Shown: positions 27,807 through 45,299, numbered from the stretch's first letter. The stretch is DNA of 64,000 bases from Eledone cirrhosa (GCA_964016885.1 OZ024740.1:311054001-311118000), one strand, 5' to 3'. Notes: a model not told the origin generated them from the sequence alone. Translations and numbers: made by a program.

Positions 27807-29925
27807 TGTGGAGACACAGGTATAGAAACATTAAATTAAAATGTTTCGCTAAAAGCAAAGCATACAAGGTACTTAAGGACTGGGCGGAGAATTTTGTCGC
27901 CAATTCTAAATGCAGATTAACCGAGATCGGATTAATTAGCGAGTTAACCTTAGGCAATATTGACAGTAATATTCGGAAATTAACCAATCTCCAATAATGG
28001 AATAATAGAGTCATTACCCTGTTTATTGTTATAATAACAATAATATACTGCTTCTATTCATTCAACTATACCTCTTCTCTGTGAAACTATATCCTAGTAA
28101 TGCCAAAGTCAAATTCTGAAGGTCTGCTTAAAACAACTTGGTACCTAGAAATAAAATTGGTTCTTGTACTTTACAAAAACATTACTAAATATTGTTTATA
28201 TAAACTTTTAGTTAAAATTGCTATTGATATATGACTTCGATAGTCTAGAACATTTTTGAATGAAATAATAAGAGTTTTATTGTAAAAAATGCAAGTATCT
28301 TTGGTGATTATGATAATGAAAAAGTTAGGGAAAGACAAGGGCTCTACAGTCACAGAAAAATGGGAGGGGAAGGGGATGGTGATCGGCTCTAGGCCTAGAG
28401 CGCGACGGTATTGGGGCTGCGCCCTGCGGACAAGGCTGCAAAAGCAATACTGTGGACAATGGCCAGCGACACCCGCTATAACAGCCACCCCACCTCGTGG
28501 GGCTCCTTCTTCAGACGGGTTGCTCACTTTCCAATATTAAATTGTTTTGAAAAAATGCATTTTCTTTGAATGAACACAAAGCTTCGTTTCAGCAAAAGGA
28601 TGTTTACTGGTAAATGCATAGAAATTGAGCATAAAATGAGCTTATTTTCTAATTCCATTACTTATACAGATTTTCAAAATACAGCAAAGGAATATATGTG
28701 CATCTGAAAAGACTGAAACTGGATGAAAACGTGTATGTCACCCAAATACAATTCGGTAACCAGTCGAAAACATTTCATTCATATCGTTAAGGCACTTAGA
28801 AAAGATACTGGCTGTGCTGCAATTACAAATATATCGTATCTGAAAAATAACCCCTCCCGACTGGTTGTAATGGATTCGCTTACCAAAGCTTGACATACGT
28901 GTTGTTTTCTCAAGCTGCTGTGTCAACCGTTAATTCAGTGAAACCTGTTTCTTAAAGCATGATGGTCTCCAGCCTCTTTCACTCAGGACCTCTCCACACA
29001 CTCACCTCTTCTCGTCTCGTCAACACTATCGTGTTCATCCCTACCCTCAACTCAGTATTAACCAATAATTCTAATTCTTCATCAAAACACCAGCCCTCAG
29101 GAATTCGTTTCCAGCTGTTCAAGACAAACATTAACCACGTAGACGTAATCTCACCATTTTCAGAGATTCTGTAACGGTCTTTGCCTCCATCTCGTCTTTC
29201 TGACCAAACTTTTTAAAGTTTTCCCCTGGAATTAAACCTAAATAAATCAGCTTTTAAAGAAGAAAACCAGCACCGTGACACTAAGTATACTCCTGGCAAA
29301 TCTAGACCATAATGTAGTATTAATTTCCGATTGACATTCTATTTGGTGTACTACAACGACTCTCGCTAAATAATCCCATATATGTGTGGTGTATAGTTTT
29401 TAAAAGTGAGCGCTGTTCTCTTACACACTCTTTCCCCAAGACATTTTCTTCCTATTCCTTTTCTTTGTTAGAGAAACATTAAGACCAGAAAACAAATAAA
29501 CATCATGCAATATTACGTAACATTTGTATAGACAGTATCTGTTCAATTCCATGTGTGTTACATCTTTTTCAAATTGTCAACATTTCTGTCATATATCGTT
29601 TAAAATATTTAATGTAGCAAGTACTAGGTAACATCTTGTTTGTAAAAACGCGCATTAATCATTATATTTATACGTTGTATTTCATTCCTCGGTATGATGA
29701 AGCGTGAATTGGTTCAATATATTACGTATGTCTCACTACTACGAATTGTGATAATGTGAAATAATTGTTGTCTATGGCGTAAACCGAAATACAGGAATAA
29801 TTTTTTAGTGTATGAAACTGCGACCAGTTCTATTCTCTGCTGGTACAAGATGTTACTTAAACTCATAACGATGCATTGATGGCGCCCCTGCGCTCTCGCT
29901 CGAACTTCTTTAGATTTCCATCTTA

Positions 29926-30120
29926 AATAATTGTTTCTCCTTTTGGCACAAGGCCAGCAATTATCCCAGTGCATTACTGGTACTTTATTTTATCGACCCC
30001 GCAAGGATGAAAGGCAAAGTTAACCTCGGCGGGATTAGAACTCAGATTGTAAAGGCCCGTAACTCCATTCTGCAAAGCATCGCGTCCGACCTTCTAACAA
30101 TACTGCCAATTTACCGCCCA
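29926..30120 (-). mobile_element. SINE copy
   Basis: Same family, reverse orientation. Confidence 0.85.
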
Positions 30121-32090
30121 AATAATGGATACTTATTAGTTTCTGCGATACGAAAAGTAGGTTTCAAAACTGGGATGTTTGTGTTCATAGATTTGTTTGA
30201 TTAGGACTACAAGGAGACTAAACGAGATCAGCAACTGACATTTCTGTTCATGGCAAAACATGGGCATCATAATTTTACTTAGTTGGTTAACCGCCTAGAA
30301 AAAGCTCTTATTTTCTGTCATCTATAATTCTTAAGCTTTATGCCTGAACTAATGAAGCCAAGAAAAATGTGTTTAGTTATTTAGCTTGCCCTCTAAAGTG
30401 TTATTGTTAATAGCAAGCTAGGTCAATTAGTAGCGTAAGATTTTAAGCTAAAAGAATATTTAGGCTAACTTTAAACTGTTTGATTATTTCATTTTATATT
30501 CATTTAATTTCACTTTTATTCCTTCAGAGTGATTTATGCTGCTTATTTTAATTAGATTTCGCATTTAAAAGCAATTCATAAAAAATTCATAACTACGTTA
30601 GTGTTTCCGTAATTACTTTTTAATATGCTTACTTTGATTTAATTTTTATATATATTTTCCTTTTCAATCTACTTCTTTCAGTATAAATAGCTTGATACTT
30701 ATTTAGACATTCGTTAAGGTATCTATTTTGGGTAAATTCCTGAATATCTTAGTGTTTCTTTTTCTCTCTCCCTCTTAATCTTTCCTTTTCTTTCTCATTA
30801 TGTCTCCCTCGCGCTTACACCCACTCTTTATTCGCGGAAAAACAGCATACAGTTGTACGTAATATTTCTATTGATGGTATCTGCCAACTTCCAAGGCGCA
30901 TTGCATTTTTGAAACCATGGCTTATTTAAGAATCTAATGTTGCAAGAACTAGTTGCCAGATCTATGCTTATTTTAAGTTGTTTTTTTTTTCATTATTTCG
31001 TAGCTTTTAATTTTAATTAAATTTGTCATAATATGATAAACAAACACTTGAGCATCCTACATACAACTAATCGGGAGCAAAGCAGGATCCCTGCTCTCTG
31101 ATTTTGTGTATTTTGCCGTAGAAGCCATTGCAAGCGTAGAACATTTTCCATAGTATTATACAGGGAAATATCATAAATAAAAAAGCCACTTTAACTTCAA
31201 AGAAATCGAAAAATATAAATTGTAATAGAAATGTCATTGCAGGGTAAAATATAGATACAAATATGAGCACTGAAATATTTGCAAATTCGAGTCTGAATTT
31301 ACAGTAGATATCAATATGTAAGCAAAGCATACAGATCGCCGGTTGATATTAGCTGATTCAGCAGGAGAAATATAGTATGAAAGAGAATAAGACGGGGAGG
31401 AAAAAATGATAATGATTTAAAGGCAGAGATGCAAACAAGAAAGTGGATGGAAGCAAGATACAATAGAATGAGACTGCGTGTTTGTCTTAGATAAATTAAA
31501 ATGACGGTAAAAGGGAAATGGATGTGACACCAGCGGAATAGACATTTTAATCGAGAGACAGCTCATTCTGTATCATTGTCGATGCTTTTCATCCTTACGG
31601 GGTCGATAAAATATTTATCAATCAAATACGGATCGACACAACCAACTATTCCCTCCTGCCAGAATTTGCCGAAAATTCTAAAGTGATTTTAATTAAAAGT
31701 CAATCAAAGCATACAAGCTGACAGTTAAAAATAAAATAAAAGAATAAATGAGTAGAAGCGAGAAATGCGAGACAGAAAGGAAATAGAAAGAATAAACGAT
31801 AACGTAAAAAGCGGATGAGTGGCATTAATAGGGTGGGAAAATTCATTTCATCACTATTGTTGTATATTATTAGTACTTGAGTTGGTAGTTAATTAAGATA
31901 TATATTAATTTGTGCGCTTAATAAGGCTTGAAAACCAGTTAAAAGTATGTATCTTCTTTTTTTTTATATTTGGCATATTTAATGCTAAAAATGTTTTAGA
32001 TATATATTTAACCTGTCGATTATTTCTATTCTGGATATATACAGATGTAACTTTATTATACATACATACATACATACATACATACATACA

Positions 32091-32123
<33 letters not shown>

Positions 32124-32799
32124 TCATTCTTTCGATTCAAAGGATGACAATTTCTTTTCTTTTACCACCTTGCCACCAGGAAGGTGGCCGGTCAAAAATG
32201 TACTCGAAATTAAGAGAAAGAGAAACATATATACATGATAGCTGCAACTCGATTTCGAGTAATGCCATCGCTTGATACTTAAGTATGAGAAAGACGGACG
32301 TAGTTTTTTAATCCTGCTAGGGACACTTGCCTATAATCAGCAATAGGCTTTGCACAGGGCCAATCCCACTCTCTGAATATCGAATTCATTTTCCCCTAAA
32401 AAAGAACTGGTCTAGATCATTGGATGCAAGCGAAGTCGCAGGTTTTATATCAGATTAACCTACTGGTAACATGTAAACCAGTACAACCTGTGCATGGTCG
32501 GGTCGCTGGCGACTAAACCGGCAACCCCACCAAGCTTGCTTGGTAAAGAGAGTGAATTTGGACACCCTGCAGGATGAAAAACATACATACGTACATACAT
32601 GCGTACGTACATGTACGAACGTATGTACGTATGTATGCATGTGTGTATTTCCACATGTTTAGTATAAAAGACAAGAAAGATATTCAGGCACAGTTCATAA
32701 TAGTACGCTCAAAGTCGGAGATGAGAAAGAATCGTCTTATCGATAAATATAGAATTATGAGAATTTGAAAAAAAATACGGTAGAACCTTTTGACTAGAA

Positions 32800-33430
32800 A
32801 CTAGACACAAGTTTAAAACCTATAACCAAATGTACTGAAGAAAAAGATGTTGGTGTCGTTATAGGCAGTAAATCATCCTTCGAAAAACTCATTCATGAAA
32901 AAGTAAACAAAGCTAACCCAATCGTTGGCGTCATCAGAAGAACGTTTGAGTATATTGACATTAGCAAAGAGTATATTGACACTCTATACTGCACTTGTGG
33001 AGTCCGCATCTGAAGAAACATTGATATGCTAGAAACAGTTCAAAGAAGAGCGACTAAAAAGGTACCTGGATTATCAAATATGTCATATGAATATCGTCTT
33101 AAAGAACTGAAGTTACCTACACTCGTTTACAGGCGTTTGAGGGGGGAACTGATAGAAGTATATAAGATATTGCACGATAAATATGATCCAAAAGTTTCAA
33201 ACTTATTTGAAAAGAATGTTAACCAAGCTACGACTAAGGGGCATGAATACAAACTACTCAAAAAGAAAAGCAAGACTTAAAGTAAGAAAATACTCGTTCT
33301 GCTACAGAGTGCTTGATATATGGAAGAAACGGCGTAGCGAAGTAATAGAGGCAAAATAGATACTTACATTTAAAATAAGATTGGATGAGTTCTTGAGGGA
33401 TGGACATGTGTTGTATAATTGTAATGAATA
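32800..33430 (+). pseudogene. CR1-group LINE 3' remnant
   Basis: EEKDVGV, LETVQRRATKKVPGL, RLKELKLPTLVYRRLRGELIEVYKI, TKGHEYKL. Confidence 0.8.
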
Positions 33431-33855
33431 ATGACAAAGATCAAGAGCTAGTGTCATAGCTAGTGTCATCTATCATCTATCTATCATGTTGAAATATGTG
33501 ATAAATGTAATGTAATGAAACGAGTGGAGGATGGTTAAAAAGATGAACAAATTGGACAGTACAGAAACGCGCGAAAGAAACTGGGAAACGTAACAAACAC
33601 AACAATAACAACGAATCTGTGGTTGGAAAATGAATGTTTTAACCAATCCACCATAGTTGTGTCTATGAACCTACTGTTTTCTCGCTTAGTGGTTGAGTTT
33701 TTTGTTTTTTTGTTTTCATTATATCCGGGAAGATTTTCATTTGATCCCTGCTACAATGCTTTAATCATTTACATTCAGTTTTTATATTCTTCTATGTGTG
33801 GGCATATTTTCCAATGGATATAATTATATTTCCTATTATCTATGTGTGTGTGTGT

Positions 33856-33894
<39 letters not shown>

Positions 33895-36174
33895 CAATAT
33901 TTCTATGGGTTGACTTGTGGAAAGGAAGTAATCAGATCTCCCTTGATTTTACCTATAATTTTTTGTTCATATCTTGCTGGTCAGGCATTGGTCTAGAGCA
34001 GCTAAAATCAACCATTACGTTTTTGTTCTTCTTTTTTTCCTTTTGATAGAGAGATTGTTGGCTTTGATATTCACTTACGCCTTCTTTGTCCACAATTTAT
34101 AGATATGATCAAAAGGCGACTATTTTTCGCGATCTTTTCTATAGTGTACTTTAGCGTTCTTTGATTTAATTTTATATTTTTTGTCGTTATCGTTTCTGTC
34201 ATTCTACCTTTATCAATAACTTTCTCTCCGTGTACTTATCTCCCAATTTGTATCTCATTGTTTCTTTATATAGACTAGAAATATTTTGTTTGCTTTATAT
34301 TATATTGTTTCATTTTCATCTTCTCTTATACTAATCAGACTATATTCACTCTCTAAATCCACACTGCCAACGACACAATGATATATATTATCCTTCTCTG
34401 CGTGCTTGGCATATCATATATATAACAACTTTAGAATTCTAGACCTGTGAAGTATTTAGTAGATTTTTTTTTTTGTGGGTGGGGGGTTCTATCTATTGTA
34501 TTCTGTCCACTTCACTCCAAATATATCATATTAAATCTAAAGATTATATCCCTGAAAGCTGTATGTATACGTACTGTTTTATTTCTTTCTCCATATTTTG
34601 ACATTTTTTAGATTTATGGATATTACTGAATACATTCTTGATTTAAATGTCAAAATGTATCTTAATATATCAGAATTTTATTAATTTGGCTTTTAATATG
34701 AAAACTTTTGTACATTTTATTAATCATACACTCATTTTTATAAAGTTCATAACTCCATGTACATTGTTATAAGTTCCTACATTCAGCTATCTCTTGTATA
34801 TAATTTTACGTTATGCGTCTTATTCTTTTATTGATTTCAGTAATTAGACTACAGCCTTTCTGGGATTTAATCGATCATATCAACTCTACTATTTCAGTTT
34901 GGTACTTATTCTATAGATCTCTATTCATCTAACCGCTAGATGATGGTTGATAATGTGTTTACATTATTTTTCTTATTCGACACATATTCTTGCAAAGTCA
35001 TGAGAAAAACAGAATAATTGAGACCTGAAGTCAACCAGGGAAATCATTTTTTTTACAATGATACAGCGAGGTGTTATTAGTTACCGTTGAACTATAGTTT
35101 GTTTGATGTTTTCTATTTTGACAAGTTATTGATAGAAAACAACCTGTTAAGAAATATTGATAGCAATGTCAAAATGTCACCAGAGAAACTTCCAGGTAAT
35201 ATTTGCTTATGTCTCTTTACGTTAGGTTTCAAATCTCGTAAGTCGAGGCTTTTCACTTTACCCCTGTGAGTTCATAAACTATATCGCAATATTGCACAGG
35301 GCCGATTAATTGTATTTCTTCCTTATAAATATGTGACCTTGTGCTATATCTGGATCCGGTGTGCTCACAATAGATAGCTTGCCAAACTATGCATATATAA
35401 AGATTGTTTGGACGTTTTGTTTTTCTCTACAGCCATTAATTTTCACATTTACATATTTTCCATTCGAAATCTTCCGTCTCTTTAAAAGATTAGAAAACGC
35501 CGATTCATATGCTGTTATACGATTCAATTTATTTTACTGTATTTTCAGTGAAATATTTATTGTTTTAATCGCTTTTTGATGTCTTCTTGGGATATTATGC
35601 AACGAAATGAGCCCTTGACACCTGAAAAATAGAGAGTGTTTGGGGAGAGAGGAAGCGTAGTGAGAAAGTCATTGAACAGGTACATAATTTATTAATCTCG
35701 AAAGAATGAAAGGCAAAGTTGATCTTGGCGAGATTTGAATACGAAACGATTACCACAGAGCATTCTATCCCGCGAGATAATGACTGCCAGTTCGCCGCCT
35801 TCTAGAATAATTTACTTGTTATTAGTGTTATACGATATCATTTATCAAGATCATTTTGGATTTGTTTTTCTATCACTGATAGTATAGCTTCCCTATCTTC
35901 CCGGCATTTTGTCGGCTTTATCTTCCTCAGAACACAGTAGAGCACAAATTATGGATATTGTGTTAGTTTTGTGCTGTTATTAACTTCATCAACATTCACG
36001 TCATCATTATAATTGTTGTTGTTTATCAATTTTTCACCTATAGCAATATTATAATCATCACCATCATTATCAACATTTCTTTCTTATGCAATTAAAGTCT
36101 CCATTAAACTAATCATCACGTAATGAGATGGTATTTCATATTTGTAAGAGCTATAGGATTAGGTACAAAATTAT

Positions 36175-36305
36175 AATGATTTCTTATATAGGCACAAGGC
36201 CAGTAATTTGAGGTAGGGGAAAGTCGATTAAATCGGCCCCAGTACATTACTGGTACTTTATTTTATCGACCCCGTAAGGATGAAAGGCAAAGTTAACCTC
36301 GGCGA
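36175..36305 (-). mobile_element. 5'-truncated SINE copy
   Basis: Central domain and 3' end of the dominant family. Confidence 0.8.
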
Positions 36306-37061
36306 TACATTATTATAATGAAATACAAACAACAAATTTTGATTTTCATAAATGAGATATAACCTTAGATTTATTTTATAGCGAAGCTGTTACAGATATA
36401 TATACAATAAGTGTACTAACCGAGCACTCGGTCACCAAACATATACAACTCTATGCACAACATAGAAATTACAAACTATTGGATGGCCGTTGACTCTCCT
36501 GAGTTCTTTTGCCCATTGGTGATTTTTTGTTTTTCATCCCGCAGGGTGTCTGAAAATCACTCACCTCACCAAGCAAGCTTGGTGGGGATTCCGGATTAGT
36601 CACTGATGACTCGACCATGTAACTGGTTGTACGGGACTACATGTTACCATTAGTCCTCAAGTGCGACCTTACATCATTGGAGGAGAATAAAAACTCTCAA
36701 GGAAAACCTGCGTCTCGATGGCAACCAATGATGATGAGTTGTTCTTCTTTTAGAATACATGTCACCGTTGCTCAGAGAGGGGGTGATGTTCTAGTGTGTG
36801 GCTTGTCTTCACTTTAAAAAAACTTCGCGAACAAGCATCACTTAATCTAATCATCCATGATAAGTGTTACATGAGTATGGCTGGCTGCAGTCGAAAGCCC
36901 ATGTGTGAAAAGAACATCAAGTATTAGCAATTCCCGAAATAGAGATGTAACCGTCATATATATATATATATATATATATATTTCTTTAAGTCATTTGGAA
37001 GCCTCGACAATGCAGATGGGTATACCTTATTATTCCACAATGCTTCAAGCAAACCTCAATA

Positions 37062-37110
<49 letters not shown>

Positions 37111-37477
37111 GTTATTCCGGGTTGAAACGGAGGTACGGGGTTGAAACGGAGGTACAATATATATATATATATATATATATATTGTTTGAACAGTGTGTAG
37201 AGTTCTCTGTGGTATTTTCTAACATTCTACGATCTGAATTCAAATCATGCCAGCATCAGCTTCGCTTTTCATCATTTCGAGGGGCATTAATAAACTATCA
37301 GTCCAGCACTGGGCTCAATGCTTTCTCCTTCTCTATTTCCCTGGAATAAATTGACTAGATCCAGACAAGGTTTATATGTCTAAGATACGCCGCATATGAC
37401 TATAATGCCTTTACGATTCCATAGGTAGTTAAAGGCAAATAGATGAATAGGATGTACACATACCTATATATGTCATT

Positions 37478-38730
37478 AGGCGGTGGATTGGCAGTGTCGG
37501 TAGAGGTTCGGACGCCATGCTTTGACGCATAGAGTTACGGCCCTTGCTATTCTGAGTTCAAATCCTGCCGAGGTTAACTTTGCCTTTCATCCTTACAGGG
37601 TCGATAAAATAAAGTACCAGTAATGCACTGGGTAATTGCTGGCCTTGTGCCAAAAGTAGAAACAATTATATAGTCGTTGTAAGATATACACATGTATAAG
37701 TTTTTTATAGACTAGAAACATTGTCTGATAGCGATCGCTATACGAAGAAAATAATTGTTTTTTATATAGGCACAAGGCCAGCAATTTTGGGGGAGAGGAG
37801 AGTCGATTAAATCGACCCCAGTGCGTGACTGGTAATTTATTTTATCGACTCCATAAGGATGATAGGCAAAATTAACCTCGGCGGCATTTGAACTCAGAAC
37901 ACAAAGGGCCATAACTTTATGCTGTAAATCATGGTGTCTGACACTCCACCGATACTGCAATCCACCAAAATAATTGTTTCTTTTTGTTTTGACTTTTGGC
38001 ACAAGGCCAGCAATTATTCCAGTGTATTACTGGTACTTTATTTAACACTGGGATAATTGCTGGCCTTGTGCCAAAAGTAGAAACAATTATTCTTGAGTTC
38101 AAGTCCCGCCGAGGTTAACTTTGCCTTTCATCTTTACGGGGTCGATAAAATAATGTACCAGTAAAATAATTGTTTCTACATTTTGACACAAGGCCAGCAA
38201 TTATATCAGTGTATTACTGGTACTTTATTTTATCGACCCCGTAAGGATGAAAGGCAAAGTTAACCTCGGCAGGATCTGAATTCAGACCATAAAGGGCCGT
38301 AACTCTTTGCTGCAAAACATGCCGTCCGACCCTCTACCGATACTGCCAATCCACTGCCCTTGGGGTTTTTACTTTTGGCACAAGGTCAGCGATTACCCCA
38401 GAGCACCACTGGTACTTTATTTTATCGACCTCGTAAGGATGAAAGGTAAAGTTAACCTCGGCGGATTTGAACTCAGAACGCAAAGGGCCATAACTATGTT
38501 GCAAAGCATGGTGTCTGGACACTCTACCGATACTGCCAAAAATAATTGTTTCTACTCTTGGCACAAGGCCACCAATTATCCCAGCGTATTACTGGTACTT
38601 TATTTTATCGACCTCGTAAGGATGAAAGGCAAAGTTAACCTCGGCGGGATTTGAACTACTCAGAATGGCAAGGGCCGTAACTCTATGCGCCAAAGCATGG
38701 TGTCCGACCCTCTACCGATACTGCCAATTC
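37478..38730. mobile_element. Cluster of about 8 SINE copies and fragments in both orientations
   Basis: + copy at 37478-37670, - copy at 37750-37965, short inverted pieces at 37970-38165, three tandem - copies at 38165-38730. Confidence 0.9.
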
Positions 38731-38952
38731 AACGATGTATTTTGTATGAATAAGTGAATACCTTCCAATAGGCGTGTAACATAGTCGCTGATCGCATCTG
38801 CGAATGGAAACAGTTTGGTGAAACTTATATTGCAGGGAAATTCCACTTATTGGAATAAAATAAATGATATACAAATATATATATATATATGTGTGTGTGT
38901 GTATGTGTGTGTGTGTGGTGTGAGTGTGTATGTGTGTGTATATGTGTGTATG

Positions 38953-38984
<32 letters not shown>

Positions 38985-39331
38985 GTGTGAGTCTGTGTGT
39001 GTGTGTTTATGTGTGTATGTATATATGTGTGTGTGTGGTGTGAGTGTGTATGTGTGTGTTTATGTGTGTGTGTGTGTGTGTGTGTGTACGCGCGTGTGTG
39101 TGTACGCGCGTGCGTATGTGTGTGTCCGTAAATAAATGTATGCTTTGTACGAATGACATGTGTGTGTGTGTGTACATTATCCTGAGGAATGTTTATATTC
39201 GTTTTTACGTGTAGCACCGATAGTGATGTTCCGATCGCTGACGAACGAACTAAGACCAACTTGCTTCGGGAAACGTTGAGTACCTGGGAAGGTATACTCC
39301 AGTTTGCCATGTATTACATACAATATAATTT

Positions 39332-40312
39332 CTATATATATAACAGAGGATGTCTGTCTGTCTGTGTAAATCCCTAAAACTCGAGAAGTACCCGACCGAT
39401 TTTTTTCAAACTTTACACATGCGTTACTTATATTTCTTGAAGTGCAATGGGCTAAACATTTAACTTTTTCTGCCCTAAGGCAAAAAAAAACCAATTTCTT
39501 TGCATTTTTAGGCTATTTTGAGGCGTAACTTAAAGATAATCCTCGAAATGTGCAGCACACATTAGTTAGTCCCCTCGCATTGCTGTGGACAAAAAGAAAT
39601 TCCGATTCCATTAATGGTTTCTAGGAAATTTACGAATAAGCATTGGGCATTACATGCCATTTTCATTTTCAATATAAACGCTACTTAAACATTGTAAGTA
39701 GCGTATAATATTTCGTTAAAAATTTGGTTTATTTAACAGAGGACACAACACTTACTTACTTTTAAGCAGGACCATTTTCGGGGGATTGAAGAAATGAGGA
39801 GGACTGTAAAATTTTTGTCGGTGCCCTGTTGACGTTTTGTGCTTTCATCACGCGCAAATTTGGGCCCTGTGTACATTGCTGTGTTATTCACACCGTAAAA
39901 CTCACGTCTGTGCTACTTCTACTAAGACCCCTTTTGTTGCACCTACACCGCAGTATGAACGCCCTGCGCAAGTACGCAGAACAAAGGTCGTGCTGATTCC
40001 GCGGTGACCCCTTTTGTCGCACATTTGTTGCTGTGTAAACACAGTGCAACCAGTGCCACCCAGCGTTTGTGCTAATTGCCCTATGACCCCCTTCTGCTGC
40101 AACTGCATTGCCACGCTGATTTCGTCATCTCAATATCCCTAGTTAAACGTACATCCCAACTTGGTTTTCACACAATTGACTACATCGCTCCTCAAACACT
40201 CCCTGAGAATAAGGGAATTCAAAAATTACACGGCTACATTCCTCAATCTTTGCATATGCGTGTTGCTATTTCACGTTTCCTACCCCGTGCAACGCCGGGT
40301 CCTGCTGCGAGT
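39332..40312 (+). mobile_element. Non-autonomous Helitron-like element
   Basis: 5' TCTATATATATAA...(TGTC)n; 3' hairpin CCCGTGCAACGCCGGG followed by GCGAGT, a degenerate CTAGT. Confidence 0.6.
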
Positions 40313-40499
40313 ACATATATATATATATGTAATTATATAATAAATAACACAATATAATTTTACCATTACCTAAGGTTTCATGAAATTAGACAATTCTATC
40401 AGAAGAGCTTATTATATAATTAGATAGCACTGTACCATACATGTAGCACTCTTCTATCCTTTACCTTTTCTACGAAATACATAACACACACACATACAC

Positions 40500-42700
<2,201 letters not shown>

Positions 42701-42717
42701 GTGTGTATGTGTGTAAG

Positions 42718-42920
42718 TATAATTAGTTACAACAGTGACAATAACCTAAGTTACGTTAGGTTATTCATCCCAACTCATTCACCCTATCATACAATTAAAG
42801 ACAGTAAAAAATGTTGATGGGAAACCATTTTTTATTGTATGAAAAGCTGAATGAGTTGGGATGAATAACCCAATGAAACTTAATTATATGTACATGTCAC
42901 TATTGTAACTAATTATATAT
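42718..42920. repeat. Imperfect inverted repeat, ~80-bp arms
   Basis: ATAATTAGTTACAACAGTGACA...GGTTATTCATCCCAACTCATTCA versus TGAATGAGTTGGGATGAATAACC...TGTCACTATTGTAACTAATTAT. Confidence 0.8.
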
Positions 42921-43216
42921 ATATACTAGCTGACCCCTGCCGTCAAAAATGATGGCTAATTGTAATATCTATACATAATATAAAAACGAGATGTTTGTTG
43001 TTTGGCTGGTTCATTCTCGCTCACTCACACAAGTGATACAAACATACAAGCACACAGCTGAGATGAATCTTAGAATGCTGGACTTCTACTTCTATAGTTT
43101 CTCACCATTCTCTACTTCATCGGTCACCACATAAATGTGTCCGTTTATATATATGTATGTGTAGATTCGGGTGTGTTTGTAATTCTATTGTCTGTGTATC
43201 TTTCTAAATGAACGCA

Positions 43217-43470
43217 CACAAACACATATACACTCACACAAATATGTATAAATATTGCCACAAACATATATACACTCACACAAATATGTATAAATATTGC
43301 CACAAACATATATACACTCACACAAATATATATAAATATTGCCACAAACATATATACACTCACACAAATATGTATAAATATTGCCACAAACATATATACA
43401 CTCACACAAATATGTATAAATATTGCCACAAACATATATACACTCACACAAATATATATAAATATTGCCA
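43217..43470. repeat. 42-bp minisatellite, about 6 copies
   Basis: Unit CACAAACATATATACACTCACACAAATATRTATAAATATTGC. Confidence 0.95.
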
Positions 43471-43558
43471 TCCCCTCGTACATTTTCTGGTGTATATCTC
43501 TACATTTCTTTACTGTTGGTATTTCATAAAGCAGCCATAACTTCCAGTATATGTACAC

Positions 43559-43589
<31 letters not shown>

Positions 43590-43654
43590 GTGTGCGTGCT
43601 TGTGTGTGTGTGCGCGCGCGCGTGCGTGTTGCTCGGGATTTGATTCGGACCTGA

Positions 43655-45072
43655 CCTCCAGATCGATAAGATTTGGAACGAGGTTACATATAGAGTAGCC
43701 ACTCATAAACAGAAATGGGCCAAGAGGAAGCTATCCCTGAATGGTCGGGTGGAGATGGCGAACTCGTACATCACATCCATCATCCACTACCACCTGACTA
43801 TCGTACCTTAACCTTGTTCGCACCACGCCAAATTGGAACGGCTCCTCTTCAACTTCTTGTGGAGGAGATAGGCGGTCTGCCGGCACTCTCTACGTGGAGG
43901 TCTGGGCATGCCGTGGCTAATGATGCGCAAACATACGTTGAGACGGTGGAATCCCCAGATATTCTGCCTAAACGCTTAACAAGTATAGTCGCCTTTTGTG
44001 AGACAGGCCTTTCAGCAGCTTGTCTCGTTGACTGAGCTGCATTCCTGGGTCAAGAAGAGACCAAGACTGGACATCCGCCATGTTGCCAGGCACTCACTTC
44101 CCTGTACAAGGCGGGCAATGCGGTCAGTGGATCTTCCACTTTCGAGTTTTATAGAGGATTGGTGGTGCAAGGGCGACGACGCACTCGGAGAGGCTCTGGA
44201 CGTCGACGAAGTCAATCTGACCATTCTGTTCCGGAGGAGTTTCGAGCTGGAGACTATGGATAACTTCCAGAAATCCCTGCTTTGGCAGTGCTACCGGGAG
44301 GCACTGCCTGTTCGAGATAAACTCTATAGGCACGGAAGTGCTATCAGACGGACCTGCCCGAGATGCGCGCAGAGTGACGATATCTTTCTGCATGCACTTG
44401 TCCAGTGTCCGTGCATTACTGACTTGTGTAGTTATGTCGAGCAGCTGTTGTCGAGTGTAGAACGGATCCGGCTATCGAGGAAGTCCATAGTGAAGATCAC
44501 CCCGCCGCCTCCTTTTGGCCAGGAAGGGCAGCCAATTTTCCTCTGTCTGGTGACGGTAACGAAAGGGATTGTAGTGGACCAGGTTTAAAGGATTGAAGAC
44601 AGACACTATTCTCTTCGGCCAATCCCTCATCGACCTTTTCTTTTCATGTTTCACTTGGAAAGGAAGGTGAAGGTGGACAGAAAAGTGTTGCCCCCCCCCC
44701 CCCCCCCCCCATACATTTGCTAAAAGGTGGGTGAATGTGACGAGAATGGCCCGTGTGAATGGGCTTACTCTGAGTATGCGCCTGTAGGCTGGTTAAATTG
44801 AAGGGAAAAGGGATGCCCTTCCCGGGTGCCATTGAAGCGTCGTGTAGTTCAGGATTGGTGGGGTATCTGAGTCGCCCCTGTGTGGTTCGCCCCACTAATG
44901 GGGAATTTATTCTGTTATATTTTTTATATTTTTAGATATTTTATATATGTTCATCGTTAATTGTTTTTGTTGTTGTGTATTTTTGCTCGATGTTTTTGTA
45001 AACCCCCACTGTCCCTGTCTTTCTATTGTTCCCTATATGTCGGCCCTTGTGGCCAGTAACTGAAACCGTTCT
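43655..45072 (+). pseudogene. 5'-truncated, degenerate Tx1/L1-clade LINE related to 45799-51035
   Basis: DNFQKSLLWQCYREALPVRDKLYRHG...CPRC...HALVQC is homologous to 49870-50790; 3' end CCCTTGTGG...GAAAC plus ATT repeats. Confidence 0.85.
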
Positions 45073-45092
45073 TATTATTATCATTATTATTA

Positions 45093-45299
45093 AGGGCGGT
45101 GAATTGGCAGTATCGGTAGAGGGTCGGACGCCATGCTTTCCAGCATAGAGTTACGCCTCTGAGTTCAAATCTCGTCGAGGTTAACTTTGCCTTTCATCCT
45201 TACGAGGTCGATAAAATAAAGTACCAGTCACGCACTGGGGTCGATGTAATCGACTTTCCCCGTCCCCAAAATTGCTGGCCTTGTGCCTATATAAGAAAC

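Noticed and set aside
28850-28950. Possible minus-strand host exon (CAG...GTAAGC)
   Set aside because: Stop codons in all three frames and no supporting homology
36596-36660. CTGATGA as a hammerhead core
   Set aside because: No suitably placed GAAA or stems, and the homologous copy at 32.5 kb lacks the motif
43217-43470. Regular 42-bp repeats as a CRISPR array
   Set aside because: Head-to-tail units with no unique spacers, eukaryotic context, no cas genes
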